From the NCBI RefSeq assembly GCF_006345805.1, contig NC_043006.1, forward strand, positions 89,280,001 to 89,344,000: a stretch of DNA of 64,000 nt. Reading direction: 5' to 3'. Each line of letters begins with the position of its first letter. Within the stretch, counting starts at the first letter, position 1. Below the pieces are notes generated by a model. It was not told the origin of the DNA. It ran no database searches and was given only the letters and a program-made list of their open reading frames with translations. Positions 50,169-62,949 of this stretch are shown here, piece by piece. A program made the position numbers and the translations under genes. The DNA comes from Octopus sinensis. Taxonomy: Eukaryota.

Positions 50169-50904
50169 TCATATTGATATTGTTGGAAAGGAATATGATT
50201 CAGAATTTAAATAAGGAAATTTATGAACTTTGAATGTATAAGAGTATAAACAAGCATAAAATAGTGTAAACAACTGAAATAAAAGTATACCTAAATAACA
50301 TGTTCTTCTTAATACTCTTTATGCAGTGGTAGAAGGAAGGTCTGGCTTTCGTTAGCAGTGGTCCATATAACCATTCATGATTCAGCTTATTTCAGTTCGG
50401 GAGTGAATCGTCATCCCATGTCACTTAGTCGCAAACACAGGTCATATAGCTGCAATAGAATGCTGTATCACCAATAATAATGTGATTTCTCAAAGACATC
50501 ACTCAGTAATCTACCAAGTCTATTTACACATTTCTTAATACATATATTGCTGTTATGACTTTCCCCTCTCATTTTATGCCCCCATCGTAAATGGGTAGAT
50601 TTGCTAGTAATAATATGATGACAAGATGAGATTGCACAAATGTAGACAATGAAGAAAGAAACCAGTAATTGTAGGGGCACTAGGAGCTTTAACAACCAGG
50701 TTCGAGAAATTTGTTGGCAATATTGGGATTGACACAAGGGCAGAACATGCTTTCTTGAAAACAACAAGAATTTTGAGACTGGTACTTGAATGTTATGTAT
50801 CATGGAAGGATACCTTGTGAGGCCCTTGATTGTTGTTGTCTGCTCTTACAGAATTAGTCAGAGCAAGTGAAACTGAGAACTCTGAGAAGTGAAATGTATA
50901 ATAA

Positions 50905-51130
50905 TAATAATGGTTTCAAATTTTGGCACAAAGCCAGCAATTTTGGGGGAAGGGGTAAGTTGATACCATTGACCCCAGTGCTCAACAACCATTTATTTTA
51001 TTGACCATGAAAAGATGAAAGGCAAAGTCAGCCTAGGTGTAGTTTGAACTCAGAATGTTAAGATGGATAAAAAGCTGTCAAGCATTTTTGTCCAGTATAC
51101 TAATGATTCAGCTAGCTTGCTGTGACAACA
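50905..51130 (-). mobile_element. tRNA-derived SINE
   Basis: tttcaaattttggcacaaagccagcaatttt...gaaaagatgaaaggcaaagtc...tttgaactcagaatg. A partial second copy follows at about 51140-51300. Confidence 0.7.
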
Positions 51131-51569
51131 ACAACAATAACCCTTCCAAATTTTGGAACGAGGCCAGCAATTTTGAGAGGAGAAGGCAAGTTGATTGCAT
51201 TAACCCCAGCGTTTGACAGATACATATTTCACTGATTCTGAAAGGATGAAAGACAAAGTTGACCAATGTAGAATTGGAACTAAGAACATAAAGGAAGATG
51301 AAATGCCACCAAACACTTTGTGCAGAGTGCTAATGATTGCACTAGCTCACTGCCACAACAACAACAGCAATAATAATAGGACCTATATACACTGGAAGCT
51401 ATGCCAACACTATGGAGTGACAACAGAAAAAAGATGCTATAGGTATGTCCCAGAAAAGGTCTCAGAAAATGACAAAGCAACCATACTCAGGGATATGCCA
51501 ATAGAAAAACCAAGGCTAACAGACTGGATATAGTAGTCAGAGATCATGAAGAAAAAAGAGATTATGTGA

Positions 51570-53580
51570 CTAAACATGAGCATGGATGGTTAACAGAATT
51601 GGAGCTAGAAGCTTTTAAAAGAAGGATATCAGGTGATGCTGGACATGTGAGAAACAAAAGTGTTATAGTGGAAGAGATGGACAATTGTTTACAAGAGTAT
51701 AATACCATGAATTGGGAAAGAATTGAGATCAGTAACTACTCCAACAATGAAGATCGACCAATAATAGATAGAATTTTGGATCAATTAAATGCAGAAGAGA
51801 CAGAATTTATGTGCGACTTTAAGAAGGCTAACCAATGGAGACTAAATCAAGAGACGAGTAACGTTAATAATGTATTGAGACAAATTGAAACAAAGAACAT
51901 CACACAAACAAATAATATTATCAAGGCTGCTAGTAGGATTGTGATGGAAAGGATGGGACTGAGAAGTACTGAGAACAGAACAGTGACAGATAGAAGAGGA
52001 AATAAGCAACTGTGGTGGAAAAGGAGAATTTCTGCAGATATAAACCCCTTGAACAGTGTAGTGTCAATACTTGCCAGGAAAAGAAATGGAGAACTTAAGA
52101 ACAAATGGAAATTCAAAAAAGTTAGGAAGAAGTATGGTGTAGATAGAAAAGGCCTGAATGTTGTAATTGAAGAACTGAAGCAGTGCATACATGTAAAAAA
52201 AGCAAAGCTGGCTGGGTTTGAACAATGGATTAAGCAATACTAGCAAAACAAATTGTTTAGAACTGACCAAAAAAGATTTAATCAAGAGATTAATGATGAT
52301 AAAAAACATGAAAGATTAGTCCCTGATGCTGATGAAATTTGACTTTTCTAGGGGTAAGCAAGAACAACATAATACTACAGTTCAATGGCTCTGCAGCCTG
52401 AAGAAAACAGATTCTTATCCCCAGCAAGAAGCTATCCACTTCATAGAAGACAGTATCAGAGATATGAGTAAAAAGATAAGCAATTGGAAAGCCGTAGGAC
52501 CTGAGAGTGTACAAGGATTTGGGATGAAAAAGCTCAGTAGTTGCCATAAATTGATTGCAGAGCAATTTAATGCTTTAATCAATGGAGAAGAAGAAATCTT
52601 GGGCTTGTTGACAAAAGGACAAATGGTGATGGGCCTGAAGGATGCATCAAAGGGAAATTCTGCTGGAATAACATCCAAGAAGTTAATACATGGGCAATTG
52701 CATCACTTCAGTATGGAGTAGGAATTATAAAATGGCAAAAGAGAGAGGTGAAGAAAATAGATATCAAGACCAGAAAAATGTTGACAGTACACAGAGCTTT
52801 CCACTCTAAGAGTGATACCAATAGGCTGTACTTGTCCAGAAGAAAGGGTGTGGAAGAAGCTTGATCAGTTGCCAGGACTGTATCAAAGCAGAGGAAGACA
52901 TCTTGGGATGGTATATGAAAAATGCTGTGGGGCCACTGTTGAAATACACAAAGAAAGCTAGCATCATCAAAACTGAAAATTGTGTAACGAAAGAGAAATT
53001 TAAACAAGAAATGAACAAAAAAAATGAAAAAAACATGGAAGGAAAAGAAAATGTACGGTCAGTTCGCAGGAGATGTGAATACGAAGACAGATACAGAGGA
53101 TTGGTAGCTATGGATGAGGAGGAGTGACCTGACGATAAAGACAGAAGCACTCATATGTGCAGCTCAGGGACAAGCATTAAGGACCAACTATATGAAGTGC
53201 AGAATTGACAATACTACCAATAGTGACAAATACAGAATGTGTGGTGAGAGGGGTGAAACGGTATGGCACATTGTTAGCGAATGCTTAAAATTGGCACAAG
53301 ATGAATACAAAAGATACCATGATAATGTGGCAAGAAAGATCCCCACTTGGCAGCTCTGTGGAAATCATAGCCTACAAAGAGCAAAGACATAGTATGAGAA
53401 AACTGCAGAAATAGTCTCCAAAAATGAGAATTGCAAAACCCTGTGGGATGCAATGATCCAGTGTGATCACCTGACTAGATATTAGAAACTGGACATTGTT
53501 GTGGTGAACAAAAAAAAAAGAACAAGTATCTTAATCGACATAGCATGCCCCAGTGACAACAAGATCAGTGTGGAAGAAGA
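51570..53580 (+). mobile_element. R4/Dong-clade LINE (family A), RT core deleted
   Basis: HGWLTELELE..., PWWKRRI-like LWWKRRI, CRMCGERGETVWHIVSEC (CCHC), and DIVVVNKK..LIDIACPSD (RLE). It ends in (GAA)n. Confidence 0.85.
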
Positions 53581-53629
53581 AGAAGAAGAAGAAGAAGAAG
53601 AAGAAAAAGAAGACCAAAATAATCCCTTC

Positions 53630-54225
53630 TTAGCCAGGACTGGCTGCCCAGTCCTGGCTAAGAAGGAATATATCCACAGACAACAGAGTTAGGACCTATA
53701 TACACTGGAAGCTATGCCAACACTATGGAATGACAAACAGAAAAAAAGATGGTGTAGGTATATCCCAGAAAAGGTCTCAGAAAATGATAAAGTGACCGTA
53801 CTCAGGGATATGCCAATACACACAGACAGAGAAATCAAGGCTAATACACTGAATATAGTTGTCAGAGATTATCAAGAGAAAGTGGCTTCTAATCGATGTA
53901 TCAATCCCAGTACATGAGAATGTATCTCTATAAGAAACAGATACTCTCAAAATACAAAGCTATGGAGATAACCTGAATGTGGAGCCTAAAAACAGAAACA
54001 ATAGGTGCATTAGGTATGGTTAAAGACACACACAGACAAATACATAACCAAAACACCAGGACTTACTTAATGTATATAACAGAAAATAGCATTATTAGGC
54101 ACTGCACACATTCTGCGTCAAGCACTTTCAATACAGTAAAAACATCACCAAACAAACTACAGCACATACCCAAAGCACACAGAGCTGTGCTTGGTAGTGC
54201 AGTGAAAACATGTGATGAAAATAAG
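53630..54225 (+). mobile_element. R4/Dong-clade LINE (family B) 3' fragment
   Basis: GCPVLAKKEYIHR...YIPEKVSENDK...DMPIHTDREIKAN matches the 56603-57787 ORF C-terminus and 3' UTR. Confidence 0.85.
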
Positions 54226-54231
54226 ACTACT

Positions 54232-54612
54232 AGGTGTGGCTGTGTGGTAAGAAGCTTACTTCCCAACCACATGGTTCCAGGTTCAGTCCCACTGCATGAC
54301 ACCTTAAGCAAGTGTCTTCTACTATAGCCTCAGGCTGACCAAACCTGTGAGTGGATTTGGTAGATGGAAACTGAATGAAGCCCGTTGTATATATATATAT
54401 ATGTATATATATTGATGTGTGTGTTCTCTGTGTCTGTGTTTGTCCCCCACTCACCATCGCTTGACAACCGATGTTGGTGCGTTTATATTCCCGAAACTTA
54501 GCAGTTCAGCAAAAGGCACTGATAGAATAAGTATTAGTCTTATAAAGAATAAGTTGATTTCTTTGACTAAAGGCCATGCTCCAGCATGGCTGCAGTCGAA
54601 TATCTGAAATGT
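54232..54612 (+). mobile_element. tRNA-derived SINE (41178 family)
   Basis: gtggctgtgtggtaagaagcttacttcccaaccacatggttccaggttcagtccc...ccagcatggctgcag. Confidence 0.88.
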
Positions 54613-55161
54613 GTAAAGAGTAATGATAATAATAATAATAATAATAATAATATTTACAACCAAGAAAGTTCTAGTCAAAATCCCATAACCTATGATTTTA
54701 ATATAATACAAATATATATCTAAAAAAAATATATGACATGTCTCTGCAACTTATAATTTATTTCTCAACAGAAATTTTTCTTGTTTGGTCCCTAAGGAGT
54801 GCTGCAGTAGGCACTTTCTCTCGGTGGTAATGCGCCTGCCCCTACCACCTTTCCTCTACCATCTTCCCCCTACCAATGTTGAATATCTACCTCACTTCCA
54901 TGCTTACAACCACTCCTAAGCAATCCTTCCACTTGCCCTGTCAATCTGCATGGATTATAATGAACTTGCTGTGTTAAATGACTTCCACCCCTCCCTTGTT
55001 GATCTTCCTTTCCTATCTTTTATTCTCTCCTTTTACTTTTTTTTCCTTCCTGTCAATGCCAGAGTAGTGAGGGGAGTTGAGTGCCCTTCACTTATAAAAT
55101 GTCCTAATGTCTTAGTAAGAAACAATTATGAACTTTCTTATTACACCTAACTTTTTAAAAT

Positions 55162-55206
55162 ATTTTTGATAAGGTTCGTTTTTTCAAGAGCTGAAACGTG
55201 TAAAAT
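55162..55206 (+). ncRNA. Type I hammerhead ribozyme, U3-A8 variant (PLE tail fragment ~54800-55290)
   Basis: attt-TTGATAA-GGTTC-gttttttcaa-GAGCT-GAAA-cgtg-ta-aaat. The downstream tatagtagc...aaatatatacccac is shared with 2965-3010. Confidence 0.6.
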
Positions 55207-56221
55207 CTCTAAGGAAATTAAAATTTATCTTATATAGTAGCGTTTTTGAACTTCTTTTTTTATAAATATATACCCACCGTATGCCACCTATACTTTATTT
55301 ATTTATGATGTATGTATGTATGTATGTATGTATGTATGTATGTATGTATATATATATGTAAGTAAGTGGATACATATATGGACAGGTAGATATACAGATA
55401 GATAAGTACATAGGTAAGATGGACAGACAGGCACACACAGACATATACATATATGTATGCATACATACATACAAATAAACAAAAATACTCTGTTATTGAC
55501 GCTGAAATTTCAATGAAGGAGCCTTGGATCTCGGTTGGAAACTGATTCTTTGTCTATTGGCAAGAAATCTTGAATTAAACTGAAAAAAGACATTCAAATG
55601 AAGACCGAAACACATGACCATACACACACACACACTTCACACAAGGACACATATGAAGACACACATCCATACATGTCAGACACGCATACATATTCACACA
55701 AACCCATACACAGACACACTAAAACATACACACACAAATGCAAACACATACACACATACAAACACACAAAACATGAACACAAACACACACAAACATGAAT
55801 GCACAAGCACATGGATATGCAGAATACATACATACAAACATGCACACAGGCATACATATATATATGCAAACACACACATATATGTACACACACACATACA
55901 TACATATATATGTGTATGCGGACACACACTGATGCACACAAACAAACAAAAAAGAGAATGCAGTTCCGATTACAGACAGACTCAGCGACTACTGAAAAGG
56001 TTGCAAAACGCAACAAAAATTTTAGTATAAATAAACAAGTAAATGAGTGGAAATCAGACCAGTGAGTGTGTTAAATTAATAAGGCACTAAAAGAGACACA
56101 ATAAATTATTTTCTTGTTCTCCCGTTGATCGATGTAAACCCCAACCTGTTTTCCCGTGTATTGTATCTTATCCTTTGATATTGTCTTCCTTGTCTTGGGC
56201 CCTTATGACCGATAAAAGAGA

Positions 56222-59200
56222 TCATCATCATCATAATCATTATTATTATTATTCAGTAGCTTTATTTTTATAGTGTGCTTTCACTTCACTACCGAGCGCA
56301 GCTCTGTATGCCTTGGGTATGTGCTGTGATCTGTTGTGATGCTCTGATGGTTATTGTATTGAAAGTGTTTTGCATAGGATGTTTGCAGTGCCTAGTAGTG
56401 CAATTTTCTGTATGTTATATGTGTTTGTAAGTCCTGGTGTTTTTGTTATGTATTTGTCTGAATACCTAATGCGCCTACTATGATAGGGATTGTTTGTGTT
56501 TTTAGATTTCACTTTTGAGTTACCTCTATTTCCATGTCTTTGTATTTTGAAAGTTTCTCCATTTCTTTTAGAGACACGTTGTCATCTGCTGGTATTGATA
56601 CATCAATTAGAAAGCATTTTTTTTTCTTCATGATCTCTGACAACTATATCTGGTCTGTTGGCCTTAATTTCTCTATCTGTGTGTATTGGTATATCCCAGA
56701 GTATGGTTGCTTTCTCATTTTCTGTGACCTTTTCTGGTGTGTGCCTATACCATCTTTTTTCTGTTATTATTCCATAACATTGGCATAGCTTCCAGTGTAT
56801 GAAGGTCCCAACTCTGTCGTGTCTGTGAATATATTCCTTCTTGGCCAGAACTGGGCAGCCAGAGATAATATGATTTATTGTTTCTTGTCCATCTTCACAT
56901 ATTCTGCAATTACTTGTTATATTTCTTTTCATTATATGTTTTTGGTAAGTTCTGGTGGGGAGGCTTTGGTATTGTGCAGCAATTAAAAATCCCTCTGTCT
57001 CTGCTTTGAGTCCTGAGCTTCTCAACCATTGCTGGGATTTTTCTTTGTCTATTTCTTTTGCATTTAGTTTAGTCCAGTATTTGCCATGAAGGGGCTTTTC
57101 TTGCCATCGTTTTATCATGGCCCATTGCTGTTCTAGTTTTAGTTTGGATTTCATTTGTTTTATAGCTTTTGTTGTTTCTTCTTCTTCATATTTGTTAGGT
57201 AGTATGATTTTTTGTTTGTATTTGTCAGCTTCCTTAAATACTGAGAACAGTTTTTTGTTTTGCTCGTGTTTTGCCACTATTTGTATCAGTTTTCCTTGCT
57301 TCTGAAGTAAGTATTTTTGCAGTCCTATGGTGGTTATTTTATAATAGTTTTCCAGCTGTATAAGGCCTCTACCACCTTCTATACGTTGTATATATAGCCT
57401 TTCTATGTCAGATTTTGGGTGATGCACCCTAGATCCTGTCATTATTTTTCTTGTTTTCCTATCTATTTTGGTCAGTTCATTTAGTGTCCAGTTAAGGATA
57501 TTGTAGCTGTAACTTATAACTGGGACGGCTAAAGTGTTAATACCTACTATCTTGTTTTTAGCATTGAGCTCTGTTTTTAGTATTGATCTACCTCGTCTAT
57601 AGTATTCTTTCTTTATTTTCTCTTTCATTTGTGTGTGTTGTGTCTTATCTAGTTCATGGATTCCTAAATATTTGTAAGTTTGGCTTTGGTCTAATTCTCT
57701 TATTTCATTGGCTTTATCTAGTGTGATGTTGCTACTCTTAACTAGTTTTCCTCTTTTCAGGGTTACTTTGGCACATTTTTCTACCAAATTTCATATCTAT
57801 TTCTTTGGTAAATCCATGAACTGTCTTTAGTAGTGTTTCCAGCTGTTTGTCATTTGTAGCGTACAGTTTTAGGTCATCCATATATAAAAGGTGGCTGATC
57901 GTTTTGCTGTAACATTTGTATATGCAGCCAGTTCTATTTAGAATATCAGATAGAGGTGTCAGTGCCCAAGCAGAAAAGGAGTGTCTTCCTGGAATATTCC
58001 TCTTCTAATGGGGATGGCTCTGGTTTTCACGAGTCGCTCTTTTGTTTGGAGCTGTAGCACTGTCTGTCATTTATTCATAGTGTCCTATGTATTTTATAAT
58101 TGTTGGTTCTACCTTGTTAATGGCTAGTGTTTCGAGGATCCATGTGTGGGGAATACTATCAAAAGCCTTTTGGTAGTCGATCCAGGCCATACTGAGCCCT
58201 TTCTTCTTTCTGTGGCTGTCTTCAGTTATGGCCTTATTGATCATTAGTTGATCTTTACAGCCATATGAGCCCTTGCAGCATCCTTTCTGCTCTTCTGGAA
58301 ATAGGTTGTCTTCGTCCAGGTGCTTGTTCAATCTTTGCGATATTACTGCAGTGAGTGCTTTGTACATTGTAGGGAGACAGGTTATAGGTCTGTAGTTTTC
58401 TGGTATTGCCGTTTCATTGGATTTGGGAATTAAAATGGTTTTTCCCTTTCATGAGCCATTCAGGCATTGTCTCTCGCTCTGCCAGTATGCTGTTAAAGTT
58501 TTCAGCCAGCTTTTTGTGCATGCCTGTCAGATATTTCAACCAGATGTTGGGGATCTTGTCGTGCCCAGGTGCCTTCCAGTTGCTTAGTCTTTGCAGTGCC
58601 TGGGTGATCTCTTCAGTTGTTATGGGGGTCCAAAGTTGCTCAGATGCTGAGTTTGTTGTTTTAATACTCTTTTTCTGTGGTTGTTCATTCGACGATCATA
58701 TTTCTTTCCAGAATTCTTCCACTTCTTCTGCCATTGGTGCTACAGTGATGTCTATTTTATTTTTGCCAAGTTCTTGGTAGAACTTTTTGGGATTGGAGTT
58801 GAACTGTTTGTTTTGTTCAAAGAAATGTTGGCGTTTCTCATACCGGCAGATCCTTTGTGCTTTGGCAAGGATATCTTGCTTTAGCTTTTCTTTTATCTCA
58901 GGTAAATCTTCTTCTGTAATGTTGTATTTGCACAGTATTTTTGTTTTCTTTTTGTTGCTTAGTAGCGTTGATTGTCTACTAATTTCGTTAAGAATCAACA
59001 GATCTTTTCTCATTTTTTGTATTTTTTTGGGGGATGCTATTTATTCACAGGGTTTGTTTGGGTGATGGTACTCCTGTTTGGATGGGTTTGAGTGAGTATC
59101 CAGCTTCTTTTGTGGCTGCAGTGGTTGCTGCATATACTATGTCATTTAGCTCAGTGATATTGCTATTTGTTTTAGTGGCTATTAGTTCCGTGGTGGCTAG

Positions 59201-59570
59201 GTTTATGCTATTTATTATTGATGTTGTTTTTTGTCTAATTTGATTTTTGGGAGGTATGGTCGGTGGTCAATTCTGAGATCTGTGATTTTCAGTTCTTTGA
59301 TTATTCTACTTTTTATTGTATCATAATTATTAGGCTCCCCTTCGTTGTTTCCAGGTTTTAGATTTGTGTTGCTTTCTTTCTCATTCGTATGTTTGTCTGT
59401 CGTGTTTTGGTTTGCTGCTTTTCGTACATTATTATGCATTCCTACGGTCTGGGTTTGTTGTTTTTTGTTTACTTCGTTTTTGCTGGATATGTTACGTTTG
59501 TCTACGTGTTTTACTATATCAGTGTTTATGTTATTTGGCTTTGTTGTGTGGCTTCTATCTACATTTTCCC
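56222..59570 (-). mobile_element. Near-complete R4/Dong-clade LINE (family B), frameshifted
   Basis: Contains EEQKGC, WIDYQKAFDSIPH, RRGIFQ, SHLLYMDDLKLY, CRICEDGQETINHIISGC (CCHC) and NRPDIVV (RLE). The 3' end runs into (AAT)n/(GAT)n. Confidence 0.92.
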
Positions 59571-59575
59571 ATCTA

Positions 59576-59740
59576 CAGTGGTGTCGGTGCGTGCACACAC
59601 GCAGTCGCGCTAGCTAGTCGTAAGTAGTCGATCCTACAACGACTACCTAGCAAAGTAAATAAAACACAAAAATACAAAGTAAGGATCGACTAGTCATGAC
59701 TAGCTGGCATGATGCGTGAGTACGCACACCGGGACCACTG
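59576..59740. mobile_element. 165-bp Tc1/mariner-type MITE
   Basis: TA|CAGTGGT...ACCACTG|TT. Imperfect inverted arms of about 60 bp (…ctagctagtcgtaagtagtcgatcct / aggatcgactagtcatgactagctgg…) surround an A-rich spacer. Confidence 0.6.
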
Positions 59741-60916
59741 TTCTCAAGTAGTACCGAGCACTGCTGTAAAGTAAGCATGTAGGATTGAAATATATTCCTC
59801 ACGTGTCCATTTATGCCTTTTTGGTTATATTTGTGGGACATTAGGAACAACATCCATCCCTTTATTTCGACGGTTGTCATTTTCGTAGGGTACCAGTTCG
59901 TTCATTTCTGTTGTCACATTGTTTTGCACGTGTAGTTTTTTGTACTTTTTGTGTAACAAGTTTAAAGTATGCACTTCCCGATTGTTATTCTTGGGTTGAT
60001 TAATACTGGTTATATTTAATTTATTTGTACATGGTGTTTGAGGTTGGAGACGGTCTGGTGCTAATGGATCGTAATGTATCAAGCATGTTTACATGTGCTT
60101 TGGAGGTGATATCCAGTTAAAATACATCATTACGTTTGGAAAATACAAATAAATTTCAACGAGTATTACTTACTCGGATATAATCCAGTCCTTTGTCAGC
60201 TATTTTTTAGCTCCATGCGCTGTCTTTGTTTCCGATGTTTGTGGATAGATTTCGGAGCACTGTTTTATCGCTCTCACATGTTAAACATACCCCGGTGTCG
60301 TCTTCTTCTTCTTATTATTATTATTATTTACCAATACTATAAAATTAGAGGGTTTTCTAAGACAGGGGAGTGTGTGGTGAAGGAAGGATGATGATGATGA
60401 GGAGGAGCATAAAAATGATAACGACGATAATGGTGATGCTGATGATGATGTTGATGATAACCATGACCAAGTATAAGTGAAGGCAACTGCAGATAACTTC
60501 ACAGCTGGTGACATGTGGCTTGCATTCAATTACCCCCATGATGTGTGTGTGCGTGTGTGTGTTACTTCATTATCCTCACTACAAGTGAAACTACTGAATT
60601 AGTTCATACATCTGTTATTTTGCTCATCAATGCTGCAGCTGGGACTTGTCCCATAGACAAATTCACAATGATAATTTCATAAGGTTCAATAATATTTCCA
60701 ATGCCCCCCGTCCACAAACCATGAAACAAAAACTGAATCACAGAGTCATAGTGACACAATGAATTATGCTTGCCAACCCATAATCTGTGCCAACACACAT
60801 CTTGTCCTTCCACCTGGCCTCACAGAGGCAATATTTCTCATTTTTGTTGTTGCTCTTGGAAAAAAAGATCAATAATAACCATGTATTCTGAGATATATCA
60901 GGCTGAGATTCTGATA

Positions 60917-60953
<37 letters not shown>

Positions 60954-61154
60954 TAATAATAATAATAATAATAATAATGTGTGCATGTGCACATGTGTAG
61001 GGGGCACATGCACATGTGTGTGTGTGTGTGTACATATATATATATATATTTACACACACACACACACATAAACAAAATATATGCCACTAAAGATAGGGAA
61101 TGACAGGAAAAAAGAAAGTGGTCCACACACCACACACACACACACATACACACA

Positions 61155-61191
<37 letters not shown>

Positions 61192-61581
61192 TTTTTGGTT
61201 TTCTACCATTGCATAGCCTTATGTTCTACCGTATCTTTTTTTTTGTTTTGATTTGATATTTTAGAAATGAAAACAAAAGAAACAAGCATAACAGAAAAAT
61301 CTAAAATAAAAAGATTGACTGGAAACAAAACATTATCTATCATAGACCATTATCTATCACAGAATTATTTGGAGTCCAAAAATAAGAGTTTTGATGTATT
61401 TGTTGCATATCATAAGTGCAACTGCATAAACAAGAGATGATAATGGCCCCTACACAATGTTGTTTTCTAAACCAAGCATCATTCTCTGTTTTTGTCATTG
61501 TTTATTTTTCTTTTGTTTAGTGTGCATGATGCTGATGATGTTTATGATGATACTGACCAATATATGTGTGTGTGTATGTTT

Positions 61582-61604
61582 ATCTATCTATCTATCTATT
61601 TATG

Positions 61605-61670
<66 letters not shown>

Positions 61671-61715
61671 CATACATATATATAAACACACACACACACA
61701 CATATATATATATTT
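61582..61715. repeat. (TATC)n/(TA)n/(CA)n compound microsatellite
   Basis: Visible run. Confidence 0.95.
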
Positions 61716-62480
61716 ATAAATGGTGTTTGTGTGTGTGTATACACTGCAGTGTGTATGTGTATACACACAAACACATTTACACATATGTAAATTAGAGAAT
61801 TAGTGAGTGCTCAAACATACACACATGTACATACCAATATATATGTCCATGTATGTATGTATATGCAAATTCTAACAAAAATGCATTCAAAATTCACAAA
61901 AATATAAAAGCTAGGAATTTAATCTTTTATTCTAGGATGTTATAACCTATAGTTGGCTTCAGTGGTGGCGTAATTAATGTATTTGTCTATAGCAGTCACA
62001 AAAATGGAATGATTAAATTAAAAGATAACCTACCCACCACCACGAAAAAAAAATCACATAAAATAATGGAAGAAAAGTCACAAGAAATGAGAAACCTGCT
62101 TCAACTAATTGCTGCAAGCAGAAAATACATTTAAAACTATACCAGGAACATGCTGACTATTAAGAGAAATAAGGTGAAATAAATTCAGATATACAAACAG
62201 AAACTCCAGCAGCTACACATTGCTCTTACCTTACTATTTCTCGGTTGAACTTCACTGCTTTTGTTTTATTTTTTTTCCTTTTATTAGATTTCTAAAATTT
62301 TATCTTTTAACTGTTTTTGCTACTGGACTGTGGCCATGCAAAGGCATTGCTTTGAACTGTTTAGATGAAAAAACTGCCCCCTGGTGTTTATTTTCTTATT
62401 TTATCAGTCTTTTTTGCCAAATCACTAAGTTATGGAGGTATAAACAAACCATTACCAATTGCCAAGTGGTGGTGAAGAGA

Positions 62481-62519
<39 letters not shown>

Positions 62520-62949
62520 AGGAAGGGTATCTGGGTTTAGAGACCATTCTGCCAATACAGACAGCAGAGCTTAAAGGACTTCTGATTTGTCAGTTCCTGT
62601 CCTACCGATGCTAACATGGGAAACAGACATTAAATGATGATGATGACAACTCTTTTCCAAGATGCTGTGCAGTGGAACTGTACATGAAACCATATGGAAG
62701 CAAAGCAAACGTTTTAACCACAGCCAGGACTGTGTCAGAAGTAAGCAGATATTTGGAACATAAATTAAAATAAATTGACATAAAATTTTAATTGAAGGTT
62801 TTTAATTTAGATCCCTTTAAAGAAGAAGTTGATAGAATAGAACCAGGAGCAGTGTCAGGTGGATTGATATCAAAAGACTTTTTGAAAAGCTTTTTTGTTT
62901 GTTGTTGGTAGGTGAGTAAAAGAAGTACACGGTTGAGTACTCTTCTCTG

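Noticed and set aside
62230-62291. Possible 62-bp minus-strand exon (KSNKRKKNKTKAVKFNREIV) with a GTAAGA donor
   Set aside because: The acceptor has a poor polypyrimidine tract, the peptide is low-complexity A-rich, and there is no recognisable homology.
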